A stretch of 64,000 bases of DNA, taken from positions 32,001-96,000 of the forward strand of contig PSMU01000003.1 of NCBI GenBank assembly GCA_040290255.1, in the 5' to 3' direction. Each line of letters starts with the position of its first letter. Within the stretch, counting starts at the first letter, position 1. The translations under genes were made by a program, and so were the position numbers. The DNA comes from Nitrososphaerota archaeon. Its GTDB lineage: Archaea > Thermoproteota > Nitrososphaeria > PSMU01. Below the pieces are notes generated by a model, which worked only from the letters and a program-made list of their open reading frames with translations, had not been told where the DNA came from and searched no databases. Shown in pieces: positions 45,385 through 56,039 of the stretch.

Positions 45385-46808
45385 CAGGGCATCACCTCCA
45401 GCTCCAGCGTAGTGGAGACCTGCAGGTATTGAGAGGAGGCCGTGACCGTCAGCGTATATCTGCCGGGGGCCGCGCCGTTCGTGGCCTCGAGCAGGAGCGA
45501 GAGCTGCGCCGCCTGCCCGGCCGCGAGCGAGGCCTGGGCCTCGGAGAAGGAGGCCCTTATTCCCACTAAGGTGCCGTTATTGCTCATGCTCCCCGTCGCC
45601 TCGAACTTCAGGGCGACGGGCTCTTTAGCGCTTACGCTCAGCGGGAGCACGGCCTGCCCTCCCCTGGAGAGGGTAACTTGATTTGCTAGCGCGGCTATTT
45701 GAAAGGGGAGGGGGTCGGGGAAGTGCACCACGCCCACCTTGCCCTCGGTGACCTCGGAGAACCAGACGTCGCGGCTGGGGGCCAGGCTGAAGAAGATCGC
45801 GTTCACGAAGCTGCCAGAGGCCGAAAGCGGAAGCTTCACCTCCACCAGCTGGCGGGCCTCGGGCGAGTAGAATCCTATCTTGTTCCCGATGTGCTCATTG
45901 AAGTAAACTCTCCCATCGCTGGCCACGGCCCAGTAGGGCAGGTTGCCCGAGCTGGGATAGACGAGCCCGGCGGAGGTCGAATAGGAGAGGACGGAGCCCG
46001 TCACGGGGTCCACCGAGATGAGAAGGCTGGGCCCATGCTGCACCAGCCAAAGCCTGCCCGAGGGGTCCACGGTCAGGCCCGATGCCAGGTAGAGGGGCCG
46101 GGAGAGCTGCAACAGCTGCACGGATAGCGTGTTCAGGTCCACATAGCCCACCCCTCCCGGCAGGTCGCTCTTCTCATAGGAGACCCAGGTGAACCAGAGC
46201 CTCTGTCCCGCCAGGGCGAGCTCGATCGTGCCGGCCCTTTCGCCGAGCCCGGGCACCCTAAGCTCCCTGACCGCATGCGCGGAGGGCGAGATGTAGCCGA
46301 TGGAGGGCGCATAAAACTCGGTGAACCAGACCACGCCCTTGGGATCCACGAGCAGTCGCCCGGGAAAGGCGCCGGCCCTGGGCACGGCATAGCTGGAGAA
46401 CCTTTCATTTTGAGGGTCAAAGGACCAGATAAGGTTCTCATAGCCGCTCGTGAACCAGAGCGTGCCGTTGGCATCCTCATCCAGCCCCCAGGCGCTGACC
46501 GTCCTCGAGCTCGGTATCTTATACGCGACGTAGGCCCCCGTGGCAGGGTCCAGCCGGAAGAGCTGCGACGTGTTCGAGGCCACGAACCACACATAGCCGC
46601 GGCTGGCCGCCTTTATGGCATAGGGTGCTAGGTTCCTGTTCCCGAAGTCATACTCCTTAACGTAGGGGCCATAGGATGACACGCGGGCGCCCCCCCTAGC
46701 CGCGAGGGGCGCCTGGTTGACGAAGCCCAGTAGGAGGAGGGCGCCGATGACGGCCAGCGCGGCAAGGGGAATCAGAAGGCTCCTCCTCATGGCGGCGCTC
46801 GGGGGCAC
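45384..46808 (-). CDS. Membrane-anchored Vgb-lyase-like beta-propeller protein with C-terminal Ig-like domain
   Basis: Repeated D..G.(L/V)WF(T/S)E....IG blades, NEHIGNKIG, N-terminal TM/signal segment, C-terminal PGRYTLTVTA. Confidence 0.8.
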   Translation of the reverse strand: MPPSAAMRRSLLIPLAALAVIGALLLLGFVNQAPLAARGGARVSSYGPYVKEYDFGNRNLAPYAIKAASRGYVWFVASNTSQLFRLDPATGAYVAYKIPSSRTVSAWGLDEDANGTLWFTSGYENLIWSFDPQNERFSSYAVPRAGAFPGRLLVDPKGVVWFTEFYAPSIGYISPSAHAVRELRVPGLGERAGTIELALAGQRLWFTWVSYEKSDLPGGVGYVDLNTLSVQLLQLSRPLYLASGLTVDPSGRLWLVQHGPSLLISVDPVTGSVLSYSTSAGLVYPSSGNLPYWAVASDGRVYFNEHIGNKIGFYSPEARQLVEVKLPLSASGSFVNAIFFSLAPSRDVWFSEVTEGKVGVVHFPDPLPFQIAALANQVTLSRGGQAVLPLSVSAKEPVALKFEATGSMSNNGTLVGIRASFSEAQASLAAGQAAQLSLLLEATNGAAPGRYTLTVTASSQYLQVSTTLELEVMP

Positions 46809-46846
46809 TGTAATATTAATTTGCGGCCTTAAGGATAGGAAGCCGC

Positions 46847-47689
46847 TTGGGCTTCGTGGACTTCCACGTGCACCTCCCCTCGAGGGGCTTCCTCAATACG
46901 CTGAGCCCGCTCCTGCCCACGCTCAGCGCCTACTTTAGGGCCGAGGTCAGGGAGAAAAGGGTGGAGGAGGTGCTGAGGGAGCTCAAGGAGGGAGGGGCCG
47001 AGAAGGCCGTCATCCTGCCCATAGATGCCTCCCCCGTCACCGGCCTGCCGGGCGATAGCAACGAGTTCATGGCCGAGGTTCAGGCGCTAGATCCCGAGCT
47101 GCTCGTCTGCTTCGCTACGGTGAGGCCCTCAAGCTCCAGCGCCATGCTCCAGCAGCTTAAGGCTGCCGTGGAGCGCCTGGGGCTCAGGGGACTCAAGCTG
47201 CACCCCCACCTGCAGGCCCTAAGGCCCACCGATCCAAGGCTCTTCCCGCTGTATGCCTATCTGCAGGAGAGGGGCCTTCCGGTGGTGGTGCACACCGGCA
47301 TCACGGGCATAGGGGCGGGCGAGGCGGGAGGCTATGGCATCGAGCTCGAGCTCGCCCGGCCGGCGGAGGTGGATAGGGTGGCCGCGCAGTTTCCCGACCT
47401 CAAGCTGGTCATGGCGCACTTCGGCTGGCCTTGGCACGAAGAGGCCCTGGCCATCGCCCTACACAAGGGCAACGTATACCTTGACATTTCGGGCTGGGCG
47501 CCCAAGTACATACCCGCGCCCGTGCTCCAGCACATGAAGTCGAGGCTGCAGGATAAATTCCTCTTCGGCTCGGACTATCCCATGCTTAAGCATGATAGGC
47601 TGCTGCGCGAGCTGGCCGAGCTGGGCCTCGGCGAGGAGGTCACCAGGAAGCTTCTGCGCGAGAACGCCCTAAGGCTCCTGCGGGGTTAG
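46847..47689 (+). CDS. Amidohydrolase_2 family protein
   Basis: DFHVH, GLKLHP, HTG, MAHFGWPW and FGSDYP. Confidence 0.9.
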   Translation: MGFVDFHVHLPSRGFLNTLSPLLPTLSAYFRAEVREKRVEEVLRELKEGGAEKAVILPIDASPVTGLPGDSNEFMAEVQALDPELLVCFATVRPSSSSAMLQQLKAAVERLGLRGLKLHPHLQALRPTDPRLFPLYAYLQERGLPVVVHTGITGIGAGEAGGYGIELELARPAEVDRVAAQFPDLKLVMAHFGWPWHEEALAIALHKGNVYLDISGWAPKYIPAPVLQHMKSRLQDKFLFGSDYPMLKHDRLLRELAELGLGEEVTRKLLRENALRLLRG

Positions 47690-47814
47690 CGGCGCGCCGT
47701 GCGTTAGGTTTAAAAGGCCATAAGCCGCGCCAAGGAAACATATGACCTCTCAGAGGAGCGTCATGGGCCGGGGCGGCTGCCCCTGCGCCGGCGCGACATC
47801 TGAGGTGGCATAAA

Positions 47815-49503
47815 GTGGCCAGGTTCGTGCTGATCTCGGACCTGACGCTACTACATGATTACCATCATTTCCCCCTGCTCGACTTCCTGCCCTGTGCCCC
47901 CTCGGGCTCCCTTCCGGTCTTCGTCTACGAGTACCTGAAGGGGAAGAGCGTGGGGCACGTCAAGGGCAGGGTGGTGGCGGCGCCCTATGGGCTCAGGAAG
48001 CTTGAAGCCGCCCTGTTGACCGAATTTAGCGAGCAGGAGGTCGTAGTGGCCCACCCCGACTTCTTGGAATACTTCATAAAGGAGGATACGGAGGTCATCG
48101 GGGTCTACACGATGGACCCGCTCGGGCTCGGGCCCCTGACCGTTTCCTATTCCGTGCTCTTCAACAACACGTCGAAGCCCTTCGTGCTGGTGGAGTTCGA
48201 GAAGCTCATCTACAGGATCAACAGGGCGAGGAGGGGAACGAAGGCGAGGCTAGTAGTGGGAGGACCTGGCGTCTGGGAGTTCATGATGAGGCCCTACGAG
48301 CTGGACAGGCTGGGCATAGATTACGCCTGCCAGGGCGAGATAGAGGACGTGGCCTGCGAGCTGTTCAGGATGTTGGCCAGGGACGCCAGCCCCAGGGGCG
48401 AGTTCTTCCGCGGCTTCCAGACCTTCGACGAGAAGTTCCGCGTTGTCTTCTTCGCCCACGACAAGTTCATAACGAGGAGCCCACGGCAGAAGCGCTTCCC
48501 CTCGCTCGAGGAGGTGCCCAAGATAAGGGCCCCCGCCTATAAAGGGCTGGTGGAGGCGATGAGGGGCTGCGGCATCAACTGCGACTTCTGCGAGGTGACG
48601 CTCAGGCCGCTGCGGTACTTTCCGCCCGAGTATGTGAGGGATGAGATCCTCGTGAACATGGGCGCGGGCTATGATGCCGCCTGGGTGCACAGCGACGAGA
48701 TCTTCGCCTACAAGCACGGGAGAAACTACGAGCCCAACGGAGAGGCACTGAAGGAGCTCTTCTCGACGATCATGGGCATAAGGGGCATCAGGCACTCGAA
48801 CCCAACCCATGGGCGCATCTCCATCCCCGCCGGCTTCCCGGAGGTGATCAGGGACCTCTCGGCCATCCTGAGGGCCAGCGCCGAGAACTGGATAGGCATC
48901 CAGCCCGGCATAGAGACGGGCAGCGACCGGCTTGCCATGAAGCACATGCCCAACAAAACGCTCCCGCTCAGGATAGGGCCCGATGGCACATGGAAGGAGA
49001 TCGTGCTGGAGGGGACGAAGAACCTGAACAGGTACTTCTGGTTCCCCGCCTTCACCGTGCAGGTCGGGCAGTTCGATGAAAGGCCCGAGGATAACTGGGA
49101 GACGGTGGCGCTGATAAACCAGCTGGGCGCGGCGGAGGTGGATGGCAGGCGCTTAGTCTGCACCGTGACGCCCATGCAAAACGTGCCCCTGGGCCTGCTG
49201 AAGGGCAGGTCCTATTTCACGGCGGAGATGATCGATGCTTCCCAGATGGCCGTCTACTACGCGGCCTACAGGCACCTGATGAAGGTGGCCATCAGGAATT
49301 CCGGCTGGATAGCCAGGGGCAACATATTCACTCGCGCGGCCCTTAACGTGCTCTTCTCGGCGGGCAGCTGGGCCCTCCTGCACTATATTGAGACCCTGTG
49401 CAGGAGGAAGGGCGTGGACATCGAGAGGGTGAAGAGGCACGGGCTCGATGAGTCGGCGCCGATGCCTCAGCGCCTGGCCGAGGAGAGCTATGTACCCGCC
49501 TAG
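47815..49503 (+). CDS. B12-binding-type radical SAM protein, GDGT ring synthase (Grs)/calditol synthase (Cds)-like
   Basis: APYGLRKLEAAL, HPD, MDPLGLGP, VVGGPGVW, RGCGINCDFC and GIETGS. Confidence 0.7.
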   Translation: MARFVLISDLTLLHDYHHFPLLDFLPCAPSGSLPVFVYEYLKGKSVGHVKGRVVAAPYGLRKLEAALLTEFSEQEVVVAHPDFLEYFIKEDTEVIGVYTMDPLGLGPLTVSYSVLFNNTSKPFVLVEFEKLIYRINRARRGTKARLVVGGPGVWEFMMRPYELDRLGIDYACQGEIEDVACELFRMLARDASPRGEFFRGFQTFDEKFRVVFFAHDKFITRSPRQKRFPSLEEVPKIRAPAYKGLVEAMRGCGINCDFCEVTLRPLRYFPPEYVRDEILVNMGAGYDAAWVHSDEIFAYKHGRNYEPNGEALKELFSTIMGIRGIRHSNPTHGRISIPAGFPEVIRDLSAILRASAENWIGIQPGIETGSDRLAMKHMPNKTLPLRIGPDGTWKEIVLEGTKNLNRYFWFPAFTVQVGQFDERPEDNWETVALINQLGAAEVDGRRLVCTVTPMQNVPLGLLKGRSYFTAEMIDASQMAVYYAAYRHLMKVAIRNSGWIARGNIFTRAALNVLFSAGSWALLHYIETLCRRKGVDIERVKRHGLDESAPMPQRLAEESYVPA

Positions 49504-50627
49504 CCGGGCTGCTGCCGGCGCGCCCCGGCGTCGTTAGGGAGCGAGCTCGCCCTCCTGACCCGTTCCCTTATTGAGGCTACGAGCGGCCTGGGCAGCGTGG
49601 CCGTGGCCTTCTCGCGCAGGAGCCCCTCGGGCCTGTACAGCAGGATCAGGAGCAGCAGGGCGCTGAAGACCAGATATGTGAACCAGTTGACGTCGATGGG
49701 AAGGTAAGAGGCTAGGCTCAACTTGAGCTGCTCCAGCACCTTGGATATCAGCCAATATAGAAAGACGCCCAGGGCAACGCCCGCGTTGTTCGCGGCGCCG
49801 CCTATTATGACCATCGTCCAGGGCAAGAAGGTCCAGGAGAACCTGTTCCACGTTTCCGCGCCCACCGAGCCCACATAAAACGTGTAGATGGCCCCCGCCA
49901 TGCCGCTGATCACCGAAGCGGCTACGAGCGCCTTTCTCCTGTAGGCGACCACATCCTTGCCCAAGGCCATCGACGCGGCCTCGTTATCCCTTATGGCCCT
50001 GAGCGTCCTGCCTAGAGGCGAGCGGGCGAGCCTCTCCGCGTACAGGTAGACTAAGAGCGCGAAGAGGGCCAAGAAGGACATGCCCACCACGTCCCTGTTC
50101 CCCACCTTAGGAGTAAGCCAGACGAAGAGGTCAGGCACCAGCATGCCCTGTGTGCCCCCCACGAGGGGATCGTAGCCGCTGAGGAAGACCTGAAAGAACT
50201 GGGCCGCGCCCAGCAGCAGCATGCCCAGATAGTCCTCCCGCAGCCTTATGGCCGGATAGGAGGCTAGATAGCCCATGGCGCCGGCCACCAGGCCGCCCAA
50301 CAGGATCGATAACAGCATCACCGATATGGCCGTGAGCGCATCATGTGCAAGGAGGGCGTCCTCCTGGGCTATTATCATGGGGTTGAAGTAGACATAATTT
50401 CCGTGTGTGTCTATGTTGTAGAGCAGGGCCGCGAACCTTCCCGAAAAGGTGCCCGCTATGGCCGCCCCGCCGGCCACAAACATCGCCTTGCCGAAGTTGG
50501 GGATGCCCGTGTACCCAAACTCGAGGTTCAGGCTGATGCTGATCGCCAGATAGAGAGCGAAGAAGATGATGAGGCTGACCCCGAACTGTAGCACATCGAC
50601 GCCCAGCAGTGTGATCAGGGGCTGCAC
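49500..50627 (-). CDS. livM: Branched-chain amino acid ABC permease
   Basis: SLNLEFGYTG, RLREDY, SPLGRTLRAIRDNE..A..LG and IIGG. Confidence 0.9.
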   Translation of the reverse strand: MQPLITLLGVDVLQFGVSLIIFFALYLAISISLNLEFGYTGIPNFGKAMFVAGGAAIAGTFSGRFAALLYNIDTHGNYVYFNPMIIAQEDALLAHDALTAISVMLLSILLGGLVAGAMGYLASYPAIRLREDYLGMLLLGAAQFFQVFLSGYDPLVGGTQGMLVPDLFVWLTPKVGNRDVVGMSFLALFALLVYLYAERLARSPLGRTLRAIRDNEAASMALGKDVVAYRRKALVAASVISGMAGAIYTFYVGSVGAETWNRFSWTFLPWTMVIIGGAANNAGVALGVFLYWLISKVLEQLKLSLASYLPIDVNWFTYLVFSALLLLILLYRPEGLLREKATATLPRPLVASIRERVRRASSLPNDAGARRQQPG

Positions 50628-50631
50628 CTCC

Positions 50632-51555
50632 TCACCTCATGGCCAAATGAAGCATCCTCCTCCAGTTGACCGAGACCAGCCCATTGGGCACGATCATGAG
50701 CGTCGCGATCATGATGGCCAGCGGTATGGCGGTCTGGTAGATGGCCACCCAGGAGCCGAGCAGGTTTATCGCGGCCGTCGTTAGAAGGATCTCGCTGGCG
50801 CCCACGATCACGCCCCCTATGAGGGCGCCGAAGATGCTGGAAAGCCCCCCCAGGATGCTGGAGGCGAAGATATCCACGATGATGACGGAGCCGGTGTTTA
50901 TGCTGCCCGGAAGCCATAGCACGTAGAAGGAGCCTGCCAGGGCGCCGAACCCCCCCGCCAAGAACCAGGCGAAGAGGTACATCCTCTCAACGTTAATGCC
51001 CAGGACCTTGGAGAGGCTGGGGTTTTCTATGGCGGCCCTCATGGCTACTCCGAACCTGGTCCTGTTCAGCAGGAAGTAAAGGAAGCCGGAGATGGCCACG
51101 AGCGCGGCGGGCGAGGCGAAGAAGACGCCGGGAAGGCCGAGCAGCTGGAAGTCCGCGCGCAGCTGGAAGAAATACTTTGCATCGAAGAGCCCCCAGCTGA
51201 GCTGCAGGATGTCCGTGTAGATGCCGAAGATGCCCACGAAGGCTATGTCCAAGGCGAGCGTCGCTATCATGAGCGAGAGAAGGGAGGCTCCTCTTCTGGC
51301 CAGGGGCCTGAGCACCAGCAGGTAAAGCGCCACCGATACGACCCCGCCCATGATGAAAGTGATGGGTATCGACTGGTAGGGGTTCAGGCCCCTAAGCCTG
51401 AAGAGCGTATAGGCTGTGTATGCTCCCACGGTCACCAGCGACCCATAGGAGAAGTTGGGCACCTTCGTGGTGATGTAGGTGAGCGTGAGGCCCAACGCCA
51501 TTAGCCCGAAGAGGGAGGCGTAGACGACGGACGATAGCGCGAAGGGCGGTAGCAA
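50632..51555 (-). CDS. livH: Branched-chain amino acid ABC permease
   Basis: ALGLTL....VPNF, TRFGVAMRA..GIN and ILGGL.S..GA..GG. Confidence 0.9.
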   Translation of the reverse strand: MLPPFALSSVVYASLFGLMALGLTLTYITTKVPNFSYGSLVTVGAYTAYTLFRLRGLNPYQSIPITFIMGGVVSVALYLLVLRPLARRGASLLSLMIATLALDIAFVGIFGIYTDILQLSWGLFDAKYFFQLRADFQLLGLPGVFFASPAALVAISGFLYFLLNRTRFGVAMRAAIENPSLSKVLGINVERMYLFAWFLAGGFGALAGSFYVLWLPGSINTGSVIIVDIFASSILGGLSSIFGALIGGVIVGASEILLTTAAINLLGSWVAIYQTAIPLAIMIATLMIVPNGLVSVNWRRMLHLAMR

Positions 51556-51579
51556 GCTTCAGGTCCGAAGCTTGGCCAA

Positions 51580-51592
51580 GCTTTAAATAATT
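51580..51592. promoter_or_regulatory. TATA box in the divergent livH/livK promoter
   Basis: CTTTAAATAATT, roughly 25-30 nt from both start codons. Confidence 0.55.
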
Positions 51593-51618
51593 TTCTCGCC
51601 CGGTGGGGCGCGCAAGCC

Positions 51619-52971
51619 ATGAGGAACAAGGCGATCTCTACAGGAGCTGCCGCGGGGCTCTTCATCGTGGGCCTCTTAGTTGGCTTGGCCGTCATGTACG
51701 GCATCGCTGCCTCGACGGGCCTGGGCACGCAGACCGTGACCGTGGGCGGCGGCACGGTGACGCAGACCGTGACCGTCGCGGGAGGAATATGCGCCAGCGG
51801 CCAGAAGATCACGATAGGCGTCCTCACGGACCTTTCCGGAGAGCTTTCAGATACGGGCACAAAGGTAAGGCATGCGGTGCTGATGGCCAAGGATGACGTG
51901 AACAGCTACCTGCAAAAGATCGGGTGCCAGCTCACGGTGGACCTAGCCATCGTGGACTACGCGCTGGACAACCAGAGGGCGTTGAGCGCACTCCAGACCA
52001 TGGCGGCGCAGGGCATTCAGGCGGTGGTAGGGCCGCTTAACAGTGGCGCTGCGAAGTTCATACTGCAGTTCGCCGACTCCAACCGCATCGTGCTGGTCAG
52101 CCCCTCCTCCACTTCTCCCGCGCTGGCGATCCCCAACGACTTCCTATTTAGGACGGTGCCGAACGACGCCGCGCAGGGCCTCGCCGGGGCCAGGATGATG
52201 TGGGATAGGGGCGTAAGGGCGGCCATTATCGTGAACAGGCATGATGCTTACGGCGATGGGCTCGCTAACGCGACCGCGGCAAGATTCAAGCAGCTGGGCG
52301 GCACCGTGGTGGACATCATAGCCTACGATACGAAGACCACGGACTTCACGCCCATCCTCGCCAAAATACAGAGCGACTTCAACGCCGCCGCGCAGCAGTT
52401 CGGCGCGGAGCGCGTGGGCATATACATGATCACCTTCGAGGAGATAGGCAACATGCTGATGACGGCCAGTAAGAGCTTCCCAAGCTTACTGAGTACGCCG
52501 CAGCCCTGGTTCGGGACCGATGGCCAGGCCCTCAACAACAAACTGATCACGAACTCGACCACGGGGCCCCTGATGGTGAAGATAAGGCTGCCCTCAACGC
52601 TTTATGCGCCGGTGAACAGCACGAAGACCGTGGACTTCATACAGAGGTTCACCAAGGCCCTCGGCGTGACGCCGGACGCTTATACCATGAGCGCATATGA
52701 TGACGTCTGGCTCATCACGCTCTCGACACTGGCGGCGGGCAAGTATGATGGGCAGGCCATTCAGAGGGTCTTCTCCTCCGTCGCGGCCAACTACTTCGGC
52801 TTAATCGGTTGGACCCATCTTGAGCCCAGCGGCGATCTGGCCCCCAGCATTTACCAGATCTGGATGGTCGTCTCCAAGGGGGGAACGCCCACCTGGGTCC
52901 TCGCGGGCACATGGGATGCGAGCACGGATAGCATTACTTGGACGGTTCCCCCGCCTCCCCCCAGCGGCTAG
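51619..52971 (+). CDS. livK: Branched-chain amino acid ABC substrate-binding protein
   Basis: IGVLTDLSG, VVGPLNSG, SPSSTSP, FRTVPND and AYD; N-terminal KA/IS + TM; Thr/Val-rich linker. Confidence 0.9.
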   Translation: MRNKAISTGAAAGLFIVGLLVGLAVMYGIAASTGLGTQTVTVGGGTVTQTVTVAGGICASGQKITIGVLTDLSGELSDTGTKVRHAVLMAKDDVNSYLQKIGCQLTVDLAIVDYALDNQRALSALQTMAAQGIQAVVGPLNSGAAKFILQFADSNRIVLVSPSSTSPALAIPNDFLFRTVPNDAAQGLAGARMMWDRGVRAAIIVNRHDAYGDGLANATAARFKQLGGTVVDIIAYDTKTTDFTPILAKIQSDFNAAAQQFGAERVGIYMITFEEIGNMLMTASKSFPSLLSTPQPWFGTDGQALNNKLITNSTTGPLMVKIRLPSTLYAPVNSTKTVDFIQRFTKALGVTPDAYTMSAYDDVWLITLSTLAAGKYDGQAIQRVFSSVAANYFGLIGWTHLEPSGDLAPSIYQIWMVVSKGGTPTWVLAGTWDASTDSITWTVPPPPPSG

Positions 52972-52980
52972 GTGAAAGAG

Positions 52981-52994
52981 CCTTTTTGTTTTCT
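52981..52994 (+). terminator. Oligo-T putative archaeal terminator between livK and livG
   Basis: CCTTTTTGTTTTCT 10 nt after the livK stop. Confidence 0.45.
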
Positions 52995-53011
52995 GATGCG
53001 CTTATAGCAAA

Positions 53012-53750
53012 ATGTTGACGGTGCGTAACGTCGTCAAGTCCTTCGGGCAGCTGAGGGCGCTCGATGGCGTTAGTCTGGAGGTCAAGGAGAGGACGCTCTG
53101 CACGCTCATAGGGCCCAATGGCTCGGGCAAGACCACCCTGATAAACGTCATCAGCGGTTTTTATAAGCCGGACGCGGGCCAGGTGCTCTACGACAGCAGG
53201 GATATCACGGGATGGCCGCCCCATAGGATCTACAGGCTTGGCCTGGCCAGGACCTTCCAGATCCCCTCGTTGTTCTGGAAGCTGACCGTGCTCGAGAACC
53301 TGCTTGTGGCTGAGAAGACACATCCCGGCGAGAGCTTCCTCAGGGCCCTCCTCAGGAGCAGCTGGAGGAGGAGGGAGGAGGAGGCCGCGGAGAGGGCCCT
53401 GCGCATCCTGGAGCTGCTGGGCCTCGGCGAGCTGTGGGATAGGCCGGCCTATGCCCTGAGCGGAGGGCAGATGAAGTTGCTGGAGATAGGCAGGGCGCTC
53501 ATGACGGGGGCGAGGTTGCTGCTGCTCGACGAGCCGGTCTCGGGCGTGAACCCCACGCTGGCCCATGAGGTCTTCTCCTCGCTCGTGAGGCTGAGGAACG
53601 AGCTGGGCATCACCTTCCTCATCGTGGAGCACCGGCTGGACATAGCGCTCAGCTACATAGACCATATCTACGCGATGGCCTACGGCAGGGTGATCGCCTC
53701 CGGCCTGCCGGAAAAGGTAATTAACGAGCCTGAAGTGATCGAGGCCTACC

Positions 53751-53761
<11 letters not shown>
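53012..53761 (+). CDS. livG: Branched-chain amino acid ABC ATPase
   Basis: GPNGSGKTT, RTFQ, LSGGQ, LDEP, VEH and VIEAYLG. Confidence 0.93.
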
Positions 53762-54464
<703 letters not shown>

Positions 54465-54482
<18 letters not shown>

Positions 54483-56015
54483 CGGGGGCCTTGGCCGGCC
54501 AAAGCGCCTCCTGACCTCGGCCGGCCAGTTATCGCTCTCGAAGCCGTGCCGGGCCAAAAAGGCCGCCGCCCATCTAGAGAGCCCGTGGCCTATGCAGCCC
54601 GTCCAGATGGGCCTGCCCTTCAGCTCCCTTATCTTAAAGGCCTCGACATAGAAGGTCCTGTGCACCGTCCCCGCCGTGACCTCCAGCCACTCGCTTGAGT
54701 CGCGGGCTCCGCGGTAGGGCAGGTAGCACTCGATGTCGAGCGTGGGGACCTTGTCCCTGGAGGAGGCATCCACGAGGTGCCTCTTAGCTTCCTCGGGTGC
54801 TAGGTAGAAGGGGGCGCCGGCCACGACCCTCCACTCCATATCGAGCTCCTTGTCCAGCAGCTCCACGGTCCTGTCGATCACGCCATTCCTCAGCTCTACC
54901 ACCTCCTCGGGCCTGCCCAGCATCACCATCTCCATCCTAAGGAATTCGTTGGTCCGCACGATGCCCTCCACGCCCCCGGCCTCGTTCCTCCAGGTCCAGC
55001 CGCCCAGATAATCATAGGCCTTCACGGGCAGCTGCTCCAGGCTCACGGTTTCGCCGCTGAAGTACTGGTAGAAGGGAGGGCACTGCACTGCGTCGAGCAC
55101 ATAGCCCGGCTCCTGCAGAAGTCCCTTCAGCAGGTCCGCCCTCACGACCCTCTTGAGCGAGTATTCGCGCTTGAACTCATCGAAGGCCTTCGGATCCCTG
55201 GGCGGCGCGCAGACGTAGAACATGCCCTCGGGCAGGTGCTCCACGTAGGTGGAGAGCCTCTTGAGCACCTCGAAGGGGAGCAGCCTCGGGAAGACCCAGA
55301 GCTCGAAGCCCAGCGGCTCGGCCACGCGCTCCGCGAGCAGCTCGGCCAGGGCCCTCACGAGCCTGGCCATGGGCGGCGTATAGATCCACTGGCCCCTGGA
55401 GGGGAAGCGCTTGATCCATCCATGCCTTTCGGCCGCCTCTGATACATCTCCCGTGAAGGCGTAGCTCTTCGCCGGGCCCTGCCAGAGCACGGTGCCGAAG
55501 GGCACGAGCCCCTTTTGGCCTGCTAAGGCCTCCTTGGGCCTGAGCGCCCTCAGCAGCCTGTCCACGGCCCTCTGCTCCAGCTCCCTCCCCTCGAGCTCAC
55601 GGAAGATGAGCCGCAGCTCTCCATCTAGCCTCTGCACCTCCGCCAGGCCCTTCGCCAGCTGCACCAGCTCCTCGGGAGGCTCAATGCCGCTGGCGCTCAC
55701 CACATACCTCGTGACGACCAGGCCCCTGAGCCCCAGCCGGTGCTTGGAGCCCCACTGGCGCAGGAGCCTCTTGAGGCGCAGCAGGGCATCGTGGGCCCTC
55801 AGCGCGGGCCCCGAGGACAGCCTCAGCAGCAGCACATTTCCCGAGGCGCTCCAGGCCTCGATGGAGGCGCCCTGCTTCCTCTCCTCGGGCCTTATGCCTT
55901 TGGCCAGCAGCCCCTCCTTTGCCGCCTCGAGCTCGGCCGCCAGGTCCCCCTCCTTTCCCTCCAGCGGCCCGCTGAAGGTCAGGCGCGCCTCAAGCTCGAA
56001 CCTGAGCGTGACAAC
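54465..56015 (-). CDS. serS: Seryl-tRNA synthetase, methanogen (rare, type 2) form; start non-canonical or uncertain
   Basis: Upstream in-frame LRFELEARLTFS..LLAKG..RAHDALLRL N-domain; RGQW, QCPPF, RNEAGGVEGIVRTNEFLRME and WTGCIGHGLSRW. Confidence 0.9.
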
Positions 56016-56039
56016 GGGCGCGTCCCCGCCGCTTCTGCT

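Noticed and set aside
45384-46808. Antibiotic-resistance (virginiamycin B lyase) call
   Set aside because: Fold similarity only. The exported, Ig-tailed architecture does not fit the cytoplasmic resistance enzyme.
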